From Candidatus Saccharimonadota bacterium (lineage in GTDB: Bacteria; Patescibacteriota; Saccharimonadia; Saccharimonadales; UBA4665), in NCBI GenBank assembly GCA_016700375.1, contig CP065016.1, positions 240,001 through 272,000 on the forward strand: 32,000 nucleotides of DNA. Reading direction: 5' to 3'. The position numbers and the translations under genes are program-made. The notes below the pieces were generated by a model that searched no databases, was not told where the DNA came from, and saw only the letters and a list, made by a program, of their open reading frames with translations. Shown here one piece after another: positions 17,061 to 25,518 of this stretch (position 1 is its first letter; every line of letters starts with the position of its first letter).

Positions 17061-18251
17061 CTGAACCACCCCACACCTACAACCGGCGTTAGCCGGTTGT
17101 CTTCTTGAGTTGAAATACAAAAGACGACATACTATTCCTTGGTAATTCGCTAAAACAAACAAGGAGAAACATATGTCGTCAGTAGCTATTGTACGCGGTA
17201 TTCGTTCGGAGATACAAACCAAGCTTCTGCCTGTAACCAATCGCTACTGGCGTAGCCAGTTGCAGTTCGGTATTGAAGCCTACAGTCTACGCTCATTCCA
17301 GAGCGCAGCGGGTAATGCTCGCACGACTGCCGTAAAGCCCCGAACTGGCCTTCGACGCTGTGAACGACTGTTTGCCAACGATGCACTTGCCGACCAACTC
17401 GGACATGTATTCGACAGCCTAGAGCTCATCCGACCAGGTAGCTACGTCAATGTCGATCATTCTGACATGAATGGACTCAGTGCCCTGGTTGGTGCGATAC
17501 AGACGAGAAACGGTCGGGCCATCCCCTGCCTGGTAGAGACTACCTACAGTGACCGACTCCCATCACATACCAACGCACCTGCCCGTAAGCAAGCCCTGCG
17601 TCGGGCACGCGCCAAGGAGAGACGCTATACCAGCTTCACGGGGCACTACATTGACGCCTTGCAAGGCTTGCATGACCGACTCGGCTTCTGGCCGAAACTG
17701 ATCTTTGACCGTGGCTTTGGCAATGAGTCGCTCGTGACTCATCTGGCTGCGGAGGGTGCGACGTTTTACCTCCGGCTCAAGGGTGGACGATGTGTCCATT
17801 TGGATGGCCAGCGGATTGAAACGAAACATCTCAGCGAGACAGATGTGGCTATCCAGCTGTTTGGACTCACGCTCAGAGTCATCCGCTCACCCAAAAGCAG
17901 AAGAGCCAGAGAGCCATGGTATATTCTCACCAACGACATGACAGCCAGTCGGTCCAAGATTGTCCGTATTTACTACCACCGCTTTGAGATTGAAGAAACA
18001 TTCAAGGACATGAAGCATGTCTTTGAGCTGAAACGTACCAGACTCAACAAACCACTCAGTCTCAAGCTACTGCTGTGGTTTGTAAGTCTTGGCATTGCCT
18101 TACTGTACCGAGCTACCAAGCCAACAAAGCAATACACTGCAAGGCAACATCCCAAGAAGCAAATCTCCTGGATTCGCAGAGGATACGAGGAACTGCAACA
18201 GGCCTACGGCCTGTTGCTATGGGGTATGGGATGAGGTGTGGGGTGGTTCAG
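17061..18251 (+). mobile_element. intact IS4-family insertion sequence (1191 bp)
   Basis: Perfect 18-bp terminal inverted repeats: CTGAACCACCCCACACCT at 17061-17078 and its complement at 18234-18251. It is flanked by a 9-bp direct repeat TAGCTTATA (17052-17060 and 18252-18260). There is one transposase ORF. A 9-bp-stem hairpin lies just inside the left repeat (17079-17100). Confidence 0.9.
17173..18234 (+). CDS. DDE transposase, IS4 family
   Basis: 353 aa. Candidate DDE residues lie in VDHSD, IFDRGF and the Y-(2)-R-(3)-E-(6)-K block YYHRFEIEETFKDMK. An AAGGAG Shine-Dalgarno lies 6 nt upstream. The stop codon lies at the inner edge of the right inverted repeat. Confidence 0.88.
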   Translation: MSSVAIVRGIRSEIQTKLLPVTNRYWRSQLQFGIEAYSLRSFQSAAGNARTTAVKPRTGLRRCERLFANDALADQLGHVFDSLELIRPGSYVNVDHSDMNGLSALVGAIQTRNGRAIPCLVETTYSDRLPSHTNAPARKQALRRARAKERRYTSFTGHYIDALQGLHDRLGFWPKLIFDRGFGNESLVTHLAAEGATFYLRLKGGRCVHLDGQRIETKHLSETDVAIQLFGLTLRVIRSPKSRRAREPWYILTNDMTASRSKIVRIYYHRFEIEETFKDMKHVFELKRTRLNKPLSLKLLLWFVSLGIALLYRATKPTKQYTARQHPKKQISWIRRGYEELQQAYGLLLWGMG

Positions 18252-18296
18252 TAGCTTATAGTTGCGTCATTAGGTATTTTATGTTACTATTATTTT

Positions 18297-18956
18297 ATGC
18301 TAAGCCGTGTCCGTCTAAACAGTACACAAGAATTACTCACATCTAGACCTGATCTCATCAATGAGGCGGCAAAGGGAGTCTTAGACGTATTAACAATACA
18401 AGGGTTAGACAATACTACCTCTCTATCAACCGGGGGGGAGGCTACGGCCAGCTACATTTCTGCTGTTTCAGCCCGACATTTTAATCGACAGCGTCAGCAA
18501 CTGTATCTAACTGGACTGGCAGAAGAGCTTATTAATACGACAGACATAGGGAGCTCTCCGGGTTCGAATGCAGATTTTATATTAACAGGCCAAGATTTAT
18601 ACGCCGATCGGTTAAACTTTGTTTTCGGATGTACTTGGTCGACACTTGGACTTTCAGTCCAGTCCGTATCACGAGTCGTAAGCGCTACGAGAGACACAGA
18701 GGCCCAACGTTTGCATACAAGACACGTTGCGCGACATGAATTTGCACATATGCGCGGCCTCATTGAGCCGAGTGACTTCCGTAATCCTGACCGTCGTGAG
18801 GGGATTTACTCTGGACATTGCGCAGATGTTTGTACTATGCGTCAGAGCATCACGGTCAAAGAAGCACTATCGCAGGCAATTGAATTGCAAGATCATGAAC
18901 TCGCTGGATTTTGTGAATGTTGTGTAAAAAAATTGATTAGTAGCAGGCATCAGTAG
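18297..18956 (+). CDS. HEXXH zinc metallopeptidase, archaemetzincin (M54)-like
   Basis: 219 aa. HEFAHMRG (HEXXHXXG) is followed by CADVCTM and a C-terminal CECC. This resembles the archaemetzincin signature but with different spacing. Confidence 0.55.
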   Translation: MLSRVRLNSTQELLTSRPDLINEAAKGVLDVLTIQGLDNTTSLSTGGEATASYISAVSARHFNRQRQQLYLTGLAEELINTTDIGSSPGSNADFILTGQDLYADRLNFVFGCTWSTLGLSVQSVSRVVSATRDTEAQRLHTRHVARHEFAHMRGLIEPSDFRNPDRREGIYSGHCADVCTMRQSITVKEALSQAIELQDHELAGFCECCVKKLISSRHQ

Positions 18957-19023
18957 GTCATTATCAAACTTTTGTTATATGCGGGTCGAGATATTTTGGA
19001 CATACCCGTAGAGCGGTGACGTG

Positions 19024-19947
19024 TCAAGAACACTTCTGCCGTTGGGTAAAGTAGAGTGCTACCGCTCCGGGCAAAATAGGGAGCCAGTAGGTTGAGAGGC
19101 GGAAGGCTAGGGCGATTGCTATGGCGGTGGTGCTGCCCACCCCATACGCTATAAAACCACCCACCAAACCGGCTTCAACGCCTGCGAGGCCGCCGGGCGT
19201 CGGCACAGCAGCACCCAGTAAAACACCACCGGTGTACACAAGAAACAGCTGTGGCAGGTCAAGCCAGACACCAAAGCTCCGCGCCGCGAGGTGCAGTACA
19301 AGCACATTGGTCAGTGTCAGGGCACACAGCGCTAGCGCGGCGTATGCTAGCCTGTGCGGCTGGCGTTCGTACCGGCGCAGGCTCACCAGCAGGTTGCGCA
19401 CAAAGCTGCGTAACGCACGGCGTACGCGCCCAAGCAATAGGGCAGAACCAAGCAATATACAAATCCCAAGTAAAACCCACCCCTGTTTATGTGACCATCC
19501 CAGACGAAATTGTCCGGCAGAACCGGTGAGGAGCACAAGCGCAAGCAACAGCAGGTGCACAGTCATGCCCAGTAGGTTATTTATGCTCACCACAGCTGTT
19601 GCCTGGGCGACCGTGTGTTTCCGTTTGTGCAAATACAAACCATGCATACCCAAACCGCCCAGCCCCGACGGCACAAGTCGGTTTATGCAGGAGGCAGCTA
19701 GCTCCACCGCAAGCAATTCCCGAATTTTCAAGCGCTGAAATGCCAAAAAACTGTAGGCAAATGCCGCCAGTACGAACGTAAGAGCCACAAGCGGTAGTGA
19801 CAGCCAGAAGTCATGTAGCTCCGCGTTACGCATCACCCCAACACTCTGCCCAAACATATCCCAGTTTTTCCAAACAAATACTGCCACCAGTACAGTAAAC
19901 ACAAACGAAGTGAGGGGGCGGACTAATTTTTTCCGTAACCGAACCAT
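19024..19947 (-). CDS. UPF0104 / lysylphosphatidylglycerol-synthase-TM-region-like (flippase-like) membrane protein
   Basis: 307 aa with about 8 TM segments and typical family features (RLVPSGLGGLGMHGLYL, GG-rich C-terminal helices). It lies 14 nt downstream of cyoE on the same strand. GC-rich (63% in hand counts of 19081-19200). Confidence 0.65.
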   Translation of the reverse strand: MVRLRKKLVRPLTSFVFTVLVAVFVWKNWDMFGQSVGVMRNAELHDFWLSLPLVALTFVLAAFAYSFLAFQRLKIRELLAVELAASCINRLVPSGLGGLGMHGLYLHKRKHTVAQATAVVSINNLLGMTVHLLLLALVLLTGSAGQFRLGWSHKQGWVLLGICILLGSALLLGRVRRALRSFVRNLLVSLRRYERQPHRLAYAALALCALTLTNVLVLHLAARSFGVWLDLPQLFLVYTGGVLLGAAVPTPGGLAGVEAGLVGGFIAYGVGSTTAIAIALAFRLSTYWLPILPGAVALYFTQRQKCS

Positions 19948-19961
19948 AAGCCTATTGTACT

Positions 19962-20819
19962 CTATAGCAACACGTGCGAGAGCGTCATGAAGGTATTTAG
20001 AACCAGGAGCACCAAGAGCGACCGCTTAAACACTACCTTTGCTATATCTTCCCGGTCACGCCGCCAGTGAGGGCTAAACATGGGTTGCAACCAGTACATT
20101 CCGACTGCCACGGTGGCGAGGCCAAACATAAAGCCAGCATGGCCCCAGCGTGCTAGCAGGTAACACGCCGTTATGAAGGCTAGGCCAAAAAGGCGCATCT
20201 CCCAAACGGTGCGAGCTAATCCGTGTACTCCGGGCATAACTGGGATGTCCGCTGCCTTGTAGTCTTCAAAGCGGCGAATGGCAATAGCGTGAAAATGCGG
20301 CATCTGCCAGGCAAACATAATAATAAATAGCAGCCAGGCTGCCTCCTCAAACCGGCCAGTGGCGGCTACATATCCGGCCAGTGGCGGGGTAGCGCCTGGA
20401 AATGCACCAATGAGGGTCGCCCACGGCGTACGGCGCTTGGCGTAGCCGTAAACCACCGTGTACATAACCGCACCAAACAGGCCTATGAGCGCTGTCTTTA
20501 GGTTCGTCAGCCCAAACAGTAAGCCAAATCCCAAAACATAGAGCACGGCCGCATATATGCGCCCAATCTGCAAGGGAATGGCACCCGTTACCGAAGGTCG
20601 CTTGGCCGTTCGCTTCATGCGAGCATCGATGTCGGCGTCGAGATAGTTATTTACCACGCACGAAGCCGCGATGATTGCCGTCATCCCTGCAGCCAAGCCG
20701 AACAGGGAAGACCACCCCACTGCGTCAGGCGAACCTACCATAAACCCGCCCACGCCAGCAAAGACATTGCCAAACACAATCCCGGGCTTCGCGACAAAAA
20801 CAAAGTCCTTCACTTTCAC
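19962..20819 (-). CDS. cyoE: protoheme IX farnesyltransferase (heme O synthase)
   Basis: 285 aa UbiA-type prenyltransferase. VAKPGIVFGNVF parallels E. coli CyoE VTKPGIIFGNL, and NYLDADIDARMKRT is present. GTG start overlaps the cyoD stop by 1 nt. Confidence 0.9.
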   Translation of the reverse strand: MKVKDFVFVAKPGIVFGNVFAGVGGFMVGSPDAVGWSSLFGLAAGMTAIIAASCVVNNYLDADIDARMKRTAKRPSVTGAIPLQIGRIYAAVLYVLGFGLLFGLTNLKTALIGLFGAVMYTVVYGYAKRRTPWATLIGAFPGATPPLAGYVAATGRFEEAAWLLFIIMFAWQMPHFHAIAIRRFEDYKAADIPVMPGVHGLARTVWEMRLFGLAFITACYLLARWGHAGFMFGLATVAVGMYWLQPMFSPHWRRDREDIAKVVFKRSLLVLLVLNTFMTLSHVLL

Positions 20820-21217
20820 TACTGAGCTATACCCTCGTCGTGCTTAACCATTTCCGTCATATCACGAGGCATCATATTGTAGTCTAGGTTCTGCATAATC
20901 CAGATTGAGCCAACTACCAGACAAAGCACAACAAACACCGTAAATATACCCGCGTAGAGGTTCATGCGTACTTTGCGCTCGGTAGAAACGTGCAGGAAAA
21001 ACATAACCTGCACCAGCATTTGCAAGACTGCCGCTGCCGCCAGTAACCCAATGAGCAGTCCTCGGCTAAACACAACATTTTCAGCTGCTTTGTACGCCCA
21101 CACGAGCGTAAACGACGCGAACGTCAGCACCACAGAAAATGCAAAACCCGCCACATAGGTTTGCGTACTTGCTTTGCGAAAGTTTGGGAGCGGCTGTATG
21201 TGCTTCGATAACTTCAT
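20819..21217 (-). CDS. cyoD: cytochrome o ubiquinol oxidase subunit IV
   Basis: 132 aa with 3 TM segments. ...TYVAGFAFSVVLT...FLHV...GSIWIMQNLDYNMM aligns with E. coli CyoD as I recall it. Confidence 0.85.
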   Translation of the reverse strand: MKLSKHIQPLPNFRKASTQTYVAGFAFSVVLTFASFTLVWAYKAAENVVFSRGLLIGLLAAAAVLQMLVQVMFFLHVSTERKVRMNLYAGIFTVFVVLCLVVGSIWIMQNLDYNMMPRDMTEMVKHDEGIAQ

Positions 21218-21898
21218 TTATATAACCCCCAGTAAGTACACAATGGTAAATATACCTATCCAAACAATGTCTAGGAAATGCCAAAACATCGTAAACATAG
21301 TAAGCCTGCTCATTAGCCGGCCACCAAGGCCACGTTTGTAAACGTACAGCCACGTTCCGAGCAGCCACGTTAGACCGACGAATATATGCAGTCCATGCGT
21401 ACCAACCAACCCAAAGTAAGATGAGAGAAACGCGCTTCTAGTCCAGCTATGGCCTTCCGCCAGCAGCGCCTGGAATTCGTACAGCTCCATCCCGAGGAAT
21501 AGCGCACCCAACAGACCAGTGACGGCGAGCCAGCGCAGTGTATTTACCTTATGCCCAGCATGAGCCGCGAGCAGCGCCAACCCGCTTGCTAAACTACTCA
21601 GCAGCAGTACCATTGTTTCTGCAAGGACAAATGGTAGTTCAAAAAGCTCCTGACCGCTTGGCCCACCGGCAGTCGCGCCGCGCAGCACCATAAATGTTGC
21701 GAACAGGCTCGCAAATAAAATACAGTCAGTCATGAGGTATATCCAAAACCCGAGCGTTGTTTTTGACGTCTCACTGTCATCCCGAGCGAAGTCGAGGGTT
21801 CTCGTCGCCTTCAGGCGCTTTTGGCGCACAGATTTCTCCATTTCGGCTTCGCCTTCAGTCGAAATGACAAAAAGTCTAGCTGTTTTGAGATTACTCAT
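21218..21898 (-). CDS. cyoC: cytochrome o ubiquinol oxidase subunit III
   Basis: 226 aa. [27 protein letters not shown] and [10 protein letters not shown] motifs are present. The start at 21898 has an AAGGA Shine-Dalgarno and an ATGA overlap with the cyoB stop. The N-terminal tail is about 24 aa longer than in E. coli CyoC. Confidence 0.9.
   Translation of the reverse strand: MSNLKTARLFVISTEGEAEMEKSVRQKRLKATRTLDFARDDSETSKTTLGFWIYLMTDCILFASLFATFMVLRGATAGGPSGQELFELPFVLAETMVLLLSSLASGLALLAAHAGHKVNTLRWLAVTGLLGALFLGMELYEFQALLAEGHSWTRSAFLSSYFGLVGTHGLHIFVGLTWLLGTWLYVYKRGLGGRLMSRLTMFTMFWHFLDIVWIGIFTIVYLLGVI
21773..21871. repeat. about 100-nt imperfect palindromic element embedded in frame in the cyoC 5' region
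   Basis: Two inverted copies of a GTCATYYCGANNGAAGNCGA-like motif (21775-21794 and the complement of about 21851-21871) flank a spacer of about 55 nt. It translates as ...[14 protein letters not shown]...TLDFARDDS... in the cyoC frame. Confidence 0.6.
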
Positions 21899-23874
21899 GC
21901 ATTTCCTTTCAGCGCAGCCACGTCGTGGCGCTTTGCTTCTGCCGCGCTTACCTCGTACTCAATATCTTCCTCAAATGTTCGGCGAATGAGCGTCACAACC
22001 ACGCCAACGATGGCAAGCACAGCTAACCACCACAGGTGCCAAATGACAGCAAACCCAAACAAACAGGCAAAACCACCAATCCATACGCCCAAGCCCGTGT
22101 TTTGCGGAAGCTCAAATGCCGTGTAGGGCCCGCTGTACAATGACCGCTTCGTTTGTTTTGCTTCCCAAAACGCATCGCGCGCAGTCACCAGCGGCAAGCG
22201 TGCAAAGTTATAGTGCGGTGCGGGCGATGGCACCGACCACTCGAGTGTACGGCCACCCCACGGGTCGCCAGTTTTATCGCGCAGTTCTTTGCGTTTCCAT
22301 ATGCTATACCCAAGTTGCACTACCTGCAGCACCACGCCGAGGCCAATAATGAGCGTCCCGATTCCGGAGACAATAAACAGCGACTGCCAGCCCAAGCTCG
22401 GGTCGTAGTGGTCAAGCCGCCGCGTTGCACCCATGAACCCAAGGATATAAATGGGAATGAAGGTAACCAAGAAGCCAACCACCCAACAGGTAACGGCCGC
22501 CTTGCCAAGCCGCTCATGCAGTCGAAACCCAAAAATTTTCGGGAACCAATAGGCAATCCCCGCCAAATACCCAAAGACCACACCGCTAATGATAGTGTTA
22601 TGGAAATGCGCCACCAAAAAGAGGCTGTTGTGCACCTGAAAGTCTATGGCCGGTACGGCCAGCAGGACTCCCGTTGCGCCCCCTAAAAGAAAGGTCGTTA
22701 CAAACGCCATAAACCACCACATGGGCGTCATAAACTCTATACGGCCTTTGTACATGGTAAACAGCCAGTTAAATACTTTTACACCGGTTGGTATGGCAAT
22801 AACCATGGTCATAATGCCGAAGAACGCGTTCACGTTGCCGCCCGCGCCCATGGTAAAGAAGTGGTGCGCCCACACCAAAAACGATAGTACGGTAATGCAC
22901 ATGAGCGCCCACACCATACTGGTATAGCCAAACAGTCGCTTACGGCTCAGCGTAGCCACAATCTCGCTATACATACCAAACGCAGGCAGCACCAATATGT
23001 AGACCTCTGGGTGACCCCATGCCCATATAAGGTTTATGTACATCATGGCGTTACCACCAAGGTCAGCCGTGAAATAGTGCATGCCAAGCGAACGGTCAAG
23101 CGAAAGCATAAACAGCGTCGCGGTCAATATGGGGAAAACCACCACCACAAGCATCATTGCACCCAAAACACTCCAGGCAAACACGGGCATTTTCATAAGG
23201 TTCATGCCCTTGGCGCGCAGTTTCAAAATAGTCACCAAGAAATTAATGCCACTCAGCGTACTCCCCACGCCGGCAATTTGGATACTCCACAGCCAGTAGT
23301 CCACACCCGGTCCCGGGCTATAGGCAAGCTCACTCAGCGGCGGATAGGCCAGCCAACCCACCGCACCAAACTCGCCGTACACCAGTGAAAGATTCACCAG
23401 CACCACGCCGGCAAGATATAGATAAAAACTAATGGAGTTGAGGGTAGGGAAAGCCACATCGCGCGCCCCAAGCATCAGTGGCAGTACAAGGTTTATGATG
23501 CCAAACATTAGCCCCATGGCCACAAAGAAAATCATAATGGTGCCGTGCGCGGTAAAGATTTGCTGGAAATGCTCTGCGTCGAGGAATCCATCGGAATTAC
23601 CGCTCGCCAACGCCTGCTGCAGCTTCATCATAATGGCGTCGCCAAAACCGCGTAGCAGCATCACCACCGAGACAATTATGTACATGACGCCAATTCGCTT
23701 GGCATCTTGCGTGGTCAGCCATTCGCGCCACAGCCATTGCCACTTTTTGAAATACGTCAAAAGTCCAATCACGAGTAGAAGACCGCCCACAACTGCAATC
23801 TGCCCGCCAAATTGCACCCAGCCATGCCAAAAGTAGCTCCACTCCATTTTTCCAAGCAAATCAGCCAATATCAT
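21895..23874 (-). CDS. cyoB: cytochrome o ubiquinol oxidase subunit I
   Basis: 659 aa heme-copper oxidase subunit I with [24 protein letters not shown] and FLVAHFH motifs. Confidence 0.95.
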   Translation of the reverse strand: MILADLLGKMEWSYFWHGWVQFGGQIAVVGGLLLVIGLLTYFKKWQWLWREWLTTQDAKRIGVMYIIVSVVMLLRGFGDAIMMKLQQALASGNSDGFLDAEHFQQIFTAHGTIMIFFVAMGLMFGIINLVLPLMLGARDVAFPTLNSISFYLYLAGVVLVNLSLVYGEFGAVGWLAYPPLSELAYSPGPGVDYWLWSIQIAGVGSTLSGINFLVTILKLRAKGMNLMKMPVFAWSVLGAMMLVVVVFPILTATLFMLSLDRSLGMHYFTADLGGNAMMYINLIWAWGHPEVYILVLPAFGMYSEIVATLSRKRLFGYTSMVWALMCITVLSFLVWAHHFFTMGAGGNVNAFFGIMTMVIAIPTGVKVFNWLFTMYKGRIEFMTPMWWFMAFVTTFLLGGATGVLLAVPAIDFQVHNSLFLVAHFHNTIISGVVFGYLAGIAYWFPKIFGFRLHERLGKAAVTCWVVGFLVTFIPIYILGFMGATRRLDHYDPSLGWQSLFIVSGIGTLIIGLGVVLQVVQLGYSIWKRKELRDKTGDPWGGRTLEWSVPSPAPHYNFARLPLVTARDAFWEAKQTKRSLYSGPYTAFELPQNTGLGVWIGGFACLFGFAVIWHLWWLAVLAIVGVVVTLIRRTFEEDIEYEVSAAEAKRHDVAALKGNA

Positions 23875-23889
23875 GCATTGACCCCCAGA

Positions 23890-23975
23890 GAGTCATGAGA
23901 TATGAGTCACGAGACATCAGTAATATAGCATTCGCACTCGAGGCTTCTTGTCTCATGTCTCTTGTCTCATGACTC
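23890..23975. repeat. structured cyoA-cyoB spacer built from CATGAGAC/GTCTCATG words
   Basis: A perfect 11-bp inverted repeat GAGTCATGAGA (23890-23900) / TCTCATGACTC (23965-23975). An inner 7-bp pair GAGACAT (23911-23917) / ATGTCTC (23955-23961). An 11-bp direct repeat CTTGTCTCATG at 23947-23957 and 23961-23971. Confidence 0.8.
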
Positions 23976-24981
23976 ATTGATGCATGCCCTCCATGTTGTG
24001 TTCCATTTCATTTGAACCCATCCGGGATGGTACTTTTTCCTCTGTAGGCTTCACTTCGTTTGGCGGCGTGCTATGCATATACTTCATGATAACATTGTCG
24101 TAGACACTGCGGTCGGCTACATGAAAATAAGAAACCTTGTTCGTGCTAGGCTTAGCGAGCATGTCGTACCGCTGCTGGGTCAAATGTTCACCCCCGTGTG
24201 CTTTCGTTACCCACGCGTCAAAATCACGCACCGTCATGGCCCGGGCTTTAAACTTCATGTCGGCAAAGCCTTTTCCGCTGATGTTGGAGGACATACCCTC
24301 ATACACACCAGTTGTGTCAGCGGAAACATGTAGCTTCGTCGACATACCGCTCATAACGTAAATTTGCCCGGCGAGCTGTGGTATCCAAAAGCTGTTCATG
24401 GGGGCATCACTCGTCATAGTAAACTCCACCGGCCTGCCAGCAGGGAAGGCCACTTCATTCACGCTAGCTACCCCTTCTTGAGGATAAATAAACAGCCATT
24501 TCCACTGGAGCGCCACAACTTGCACCTGCAGCGGCTTTTGGCTGCTTGCCAGCGGCTTGAACGGGTCGAGGCTATGGCTTGTCACCCAAGTCACAACGGC
24601 AAGTACGCTGATGATAGCTATTGGTATACCCCACCAGAGGGCCTCATAGCTTTTGTGCGTATCCCATTCCGGCTTGTACTCTTGTTTGTGCCCGGCGCGG
24701 TAGCGCCACGCGAAGGTGAATATCATAAAATACACTGGTACGAGCACCAGCAGAGCAAGTGCTGTCGCGAACACTAGTAAATCTCTTTGGCGATTGGCAA
24801 TTTCACCACGCGTTTGCAACAGCGGAAAAGAATGGTTGAGCGAAAGCGCCACCAGCAGGCCCAGTACCAGCGCAGCTCCCACCAGCCACAACACTGTCAT
24901 TTTCGTGCGGGATAGCCGCGGAACAGAGGGGAGTTTCACCCGGGAAGCTTTAGCCAGGACTCGCTCAATAACCCTCATCAT
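23974..24981 (-). CDS. cyoA: cytochrome o ubiquinol oxidase subunit II (quinol-oxidase type, no CuA site)
   Basis: 335 aa with two N-terminal TM helices. The cupredoxin domain carries MNSFWIPQLAGQIYVMSGM and SNISGKGFADM where CuA oxidases have CxExCGxxHxxM. The start is uncertain (24981 or an internal Met). Confidence 0.9.
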   Translation of the reverse strand: MMRVIERVLAKASRVKLPSVPRLSRTKMTVLWLVGAALVLGLLVALSLNHSFPLLQTRGEIANRQRDLLVFATALALLVLVPVYFMIFTFAWRYRAGHKQEYKPEWDTHKSYEALWWGIPIAIISVLAVVTWVTSHSLDPFKPLASSQKPLQVQVVALQWKWLFIYPQEGVASVNEVAFPAGRPVEFTMTSDAPMNSFWIPQLAGQIYVMSGMSTKLHVSADTTGVYEGMSSNISGKGFADMKFKARAMTVRDFDAWVTKAHGGEHLTQQRYDMLAKPSTNKVSYFHVADRSVYDNVIMKYMHSTPPNEVKPTEEKVPSRMGSNEMEHNMEGMHQ

Positions 24982-25019
24982 GCTTACGCATTATTGTACA
25001 CTAGATAGGTAAAAGTAAT

Positions 25020-25277
25020 CTAGCCTTTATAAACGCCCTGTCTATGTCCAACATCAAGGATTAGAACGGTCAAGTTAGCATCTGCTACATCGTATATTAT
25101 TCGATAATCCCCGACTCGTAACCTGTAATAAACCGAACCCTTTAGACGCTTACTCGCAAGTGGCCTTGGATCCTCTGATAGTTTGTATATTTTACTTAGT
25201 ATTCGTATCTGCTGAACTTTATCTATCCGCTTTAGAGCACGTAAGAATTTTGGTTTAAATAGAACCTCGTATTTCAT
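25020..25277 (-). CDS. relE: RelE/ParE-family type II toxin
   Basis: 85 aa. KRLKGSVYYRLRVGDYRIIYDV...LTVLILDVGHRQGVY is the typical RelE/StbE core. Confidence 0.85.
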   Translation of the reverse strand: MKYEVLFKPKFLRALKRIDKVQQIRILSKIYKLSEDPRPLASKRLKGSVYYRLRVGDYRIIYDVADANLTVLILDVGHRQGVYKG

Positions 25278-25518
25278 GCATTGTTACTCCAAGTTCCTTT
25301 AGAGCCTCCTTAAAAGGTATCGGTTGCTCACCGTCATTGTAAGATTTATTCGCTGCTGAAATATCAGCCATATCTTCAAGATAACGAACAAGCTCATCGT
25401 TGATGATTTGTGAGAGGCTTGTATCGTTGACAAGTGCGTAGTACTGCACACCCTTTTTAATGACAGGGTTTAAATATATAGTAGTTTTTTCGTTTTCGCT
25501 AGTAGTTTTTGTGGTCAT
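25255..25518 (-). CDS. type II antitoxin (cognate of the RelE-like toxin)
   Basis: 87 aa ORF immediately upstream of the toxin, overlapping it by 23 nt. A GAGG Shine-Dalgarno (complement of 25527-25530) and CATAAT (complement of 25542-25547) lie upstream. The family is not assigned from sequence. Confidence 0.65.
   Translation of the reverse strand: MTTKTTSENEKTTIYLNPVIKKGVQYYALVNDTSLSQIINDELVRYLEDMADISAANKSYNDGEQPIPFKEALKELGVTMHEIRGSI

Noticed and set aside
16834-17240. ORFs 16834-17064 (+) and 16875-17240 (-) spanning the tRNA region
   Set aside because: Both read straight through the tRNA-Gln gene and the left end of the IS. They have no Shine-Dalgarno and the translations are implausible.
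18957-19023. Terminator between the convergent metallopeptidase and UPF0104 genes
   Set aside because: Only a 5-bp stem (CGGGT/ACCCG) with a 17-nt loop and no T tract could be drawn.
19121-19738. 205-aa plus-strand ORF (and 19251-19529, 19259-19480, 19599-19781) inside the UPF0104 gene
   Set aside because: These are Arg/Pro/Ala-rich low-complexity translations antisense to a well-formed TM protein in a GC-rich stretch, which is typical of shadow ORFs. The same reasoning applies to 22153-22686, 23011-23388 and 23432-23836 inside cyoB, 24364-24777 inside cyoA and 2649-2987 inside dnaX.
23977-24021. Met/His-rich C-terminal tail of CyoA (MGSNEMEHNMEGMHQ) as a novel copper-capture motif
   Set aside because: As I recall, E. 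coli CyoA also ends in a Met/His/Glu-rich tail, so this is probably a conserved family feature rather than a novelty. It would be worth only an alignment check.
23974-24981. Subunit II as a CuA-containing cytochrome c oxidase subunit
   Set aside because: The CuA ligand block (CxExCGxxHxxM) is replaced by SNISGKGFADM. The operon has cyoC/cyoD/cyoE in E. coli cyo order, so a quinol oxidase is the better call.
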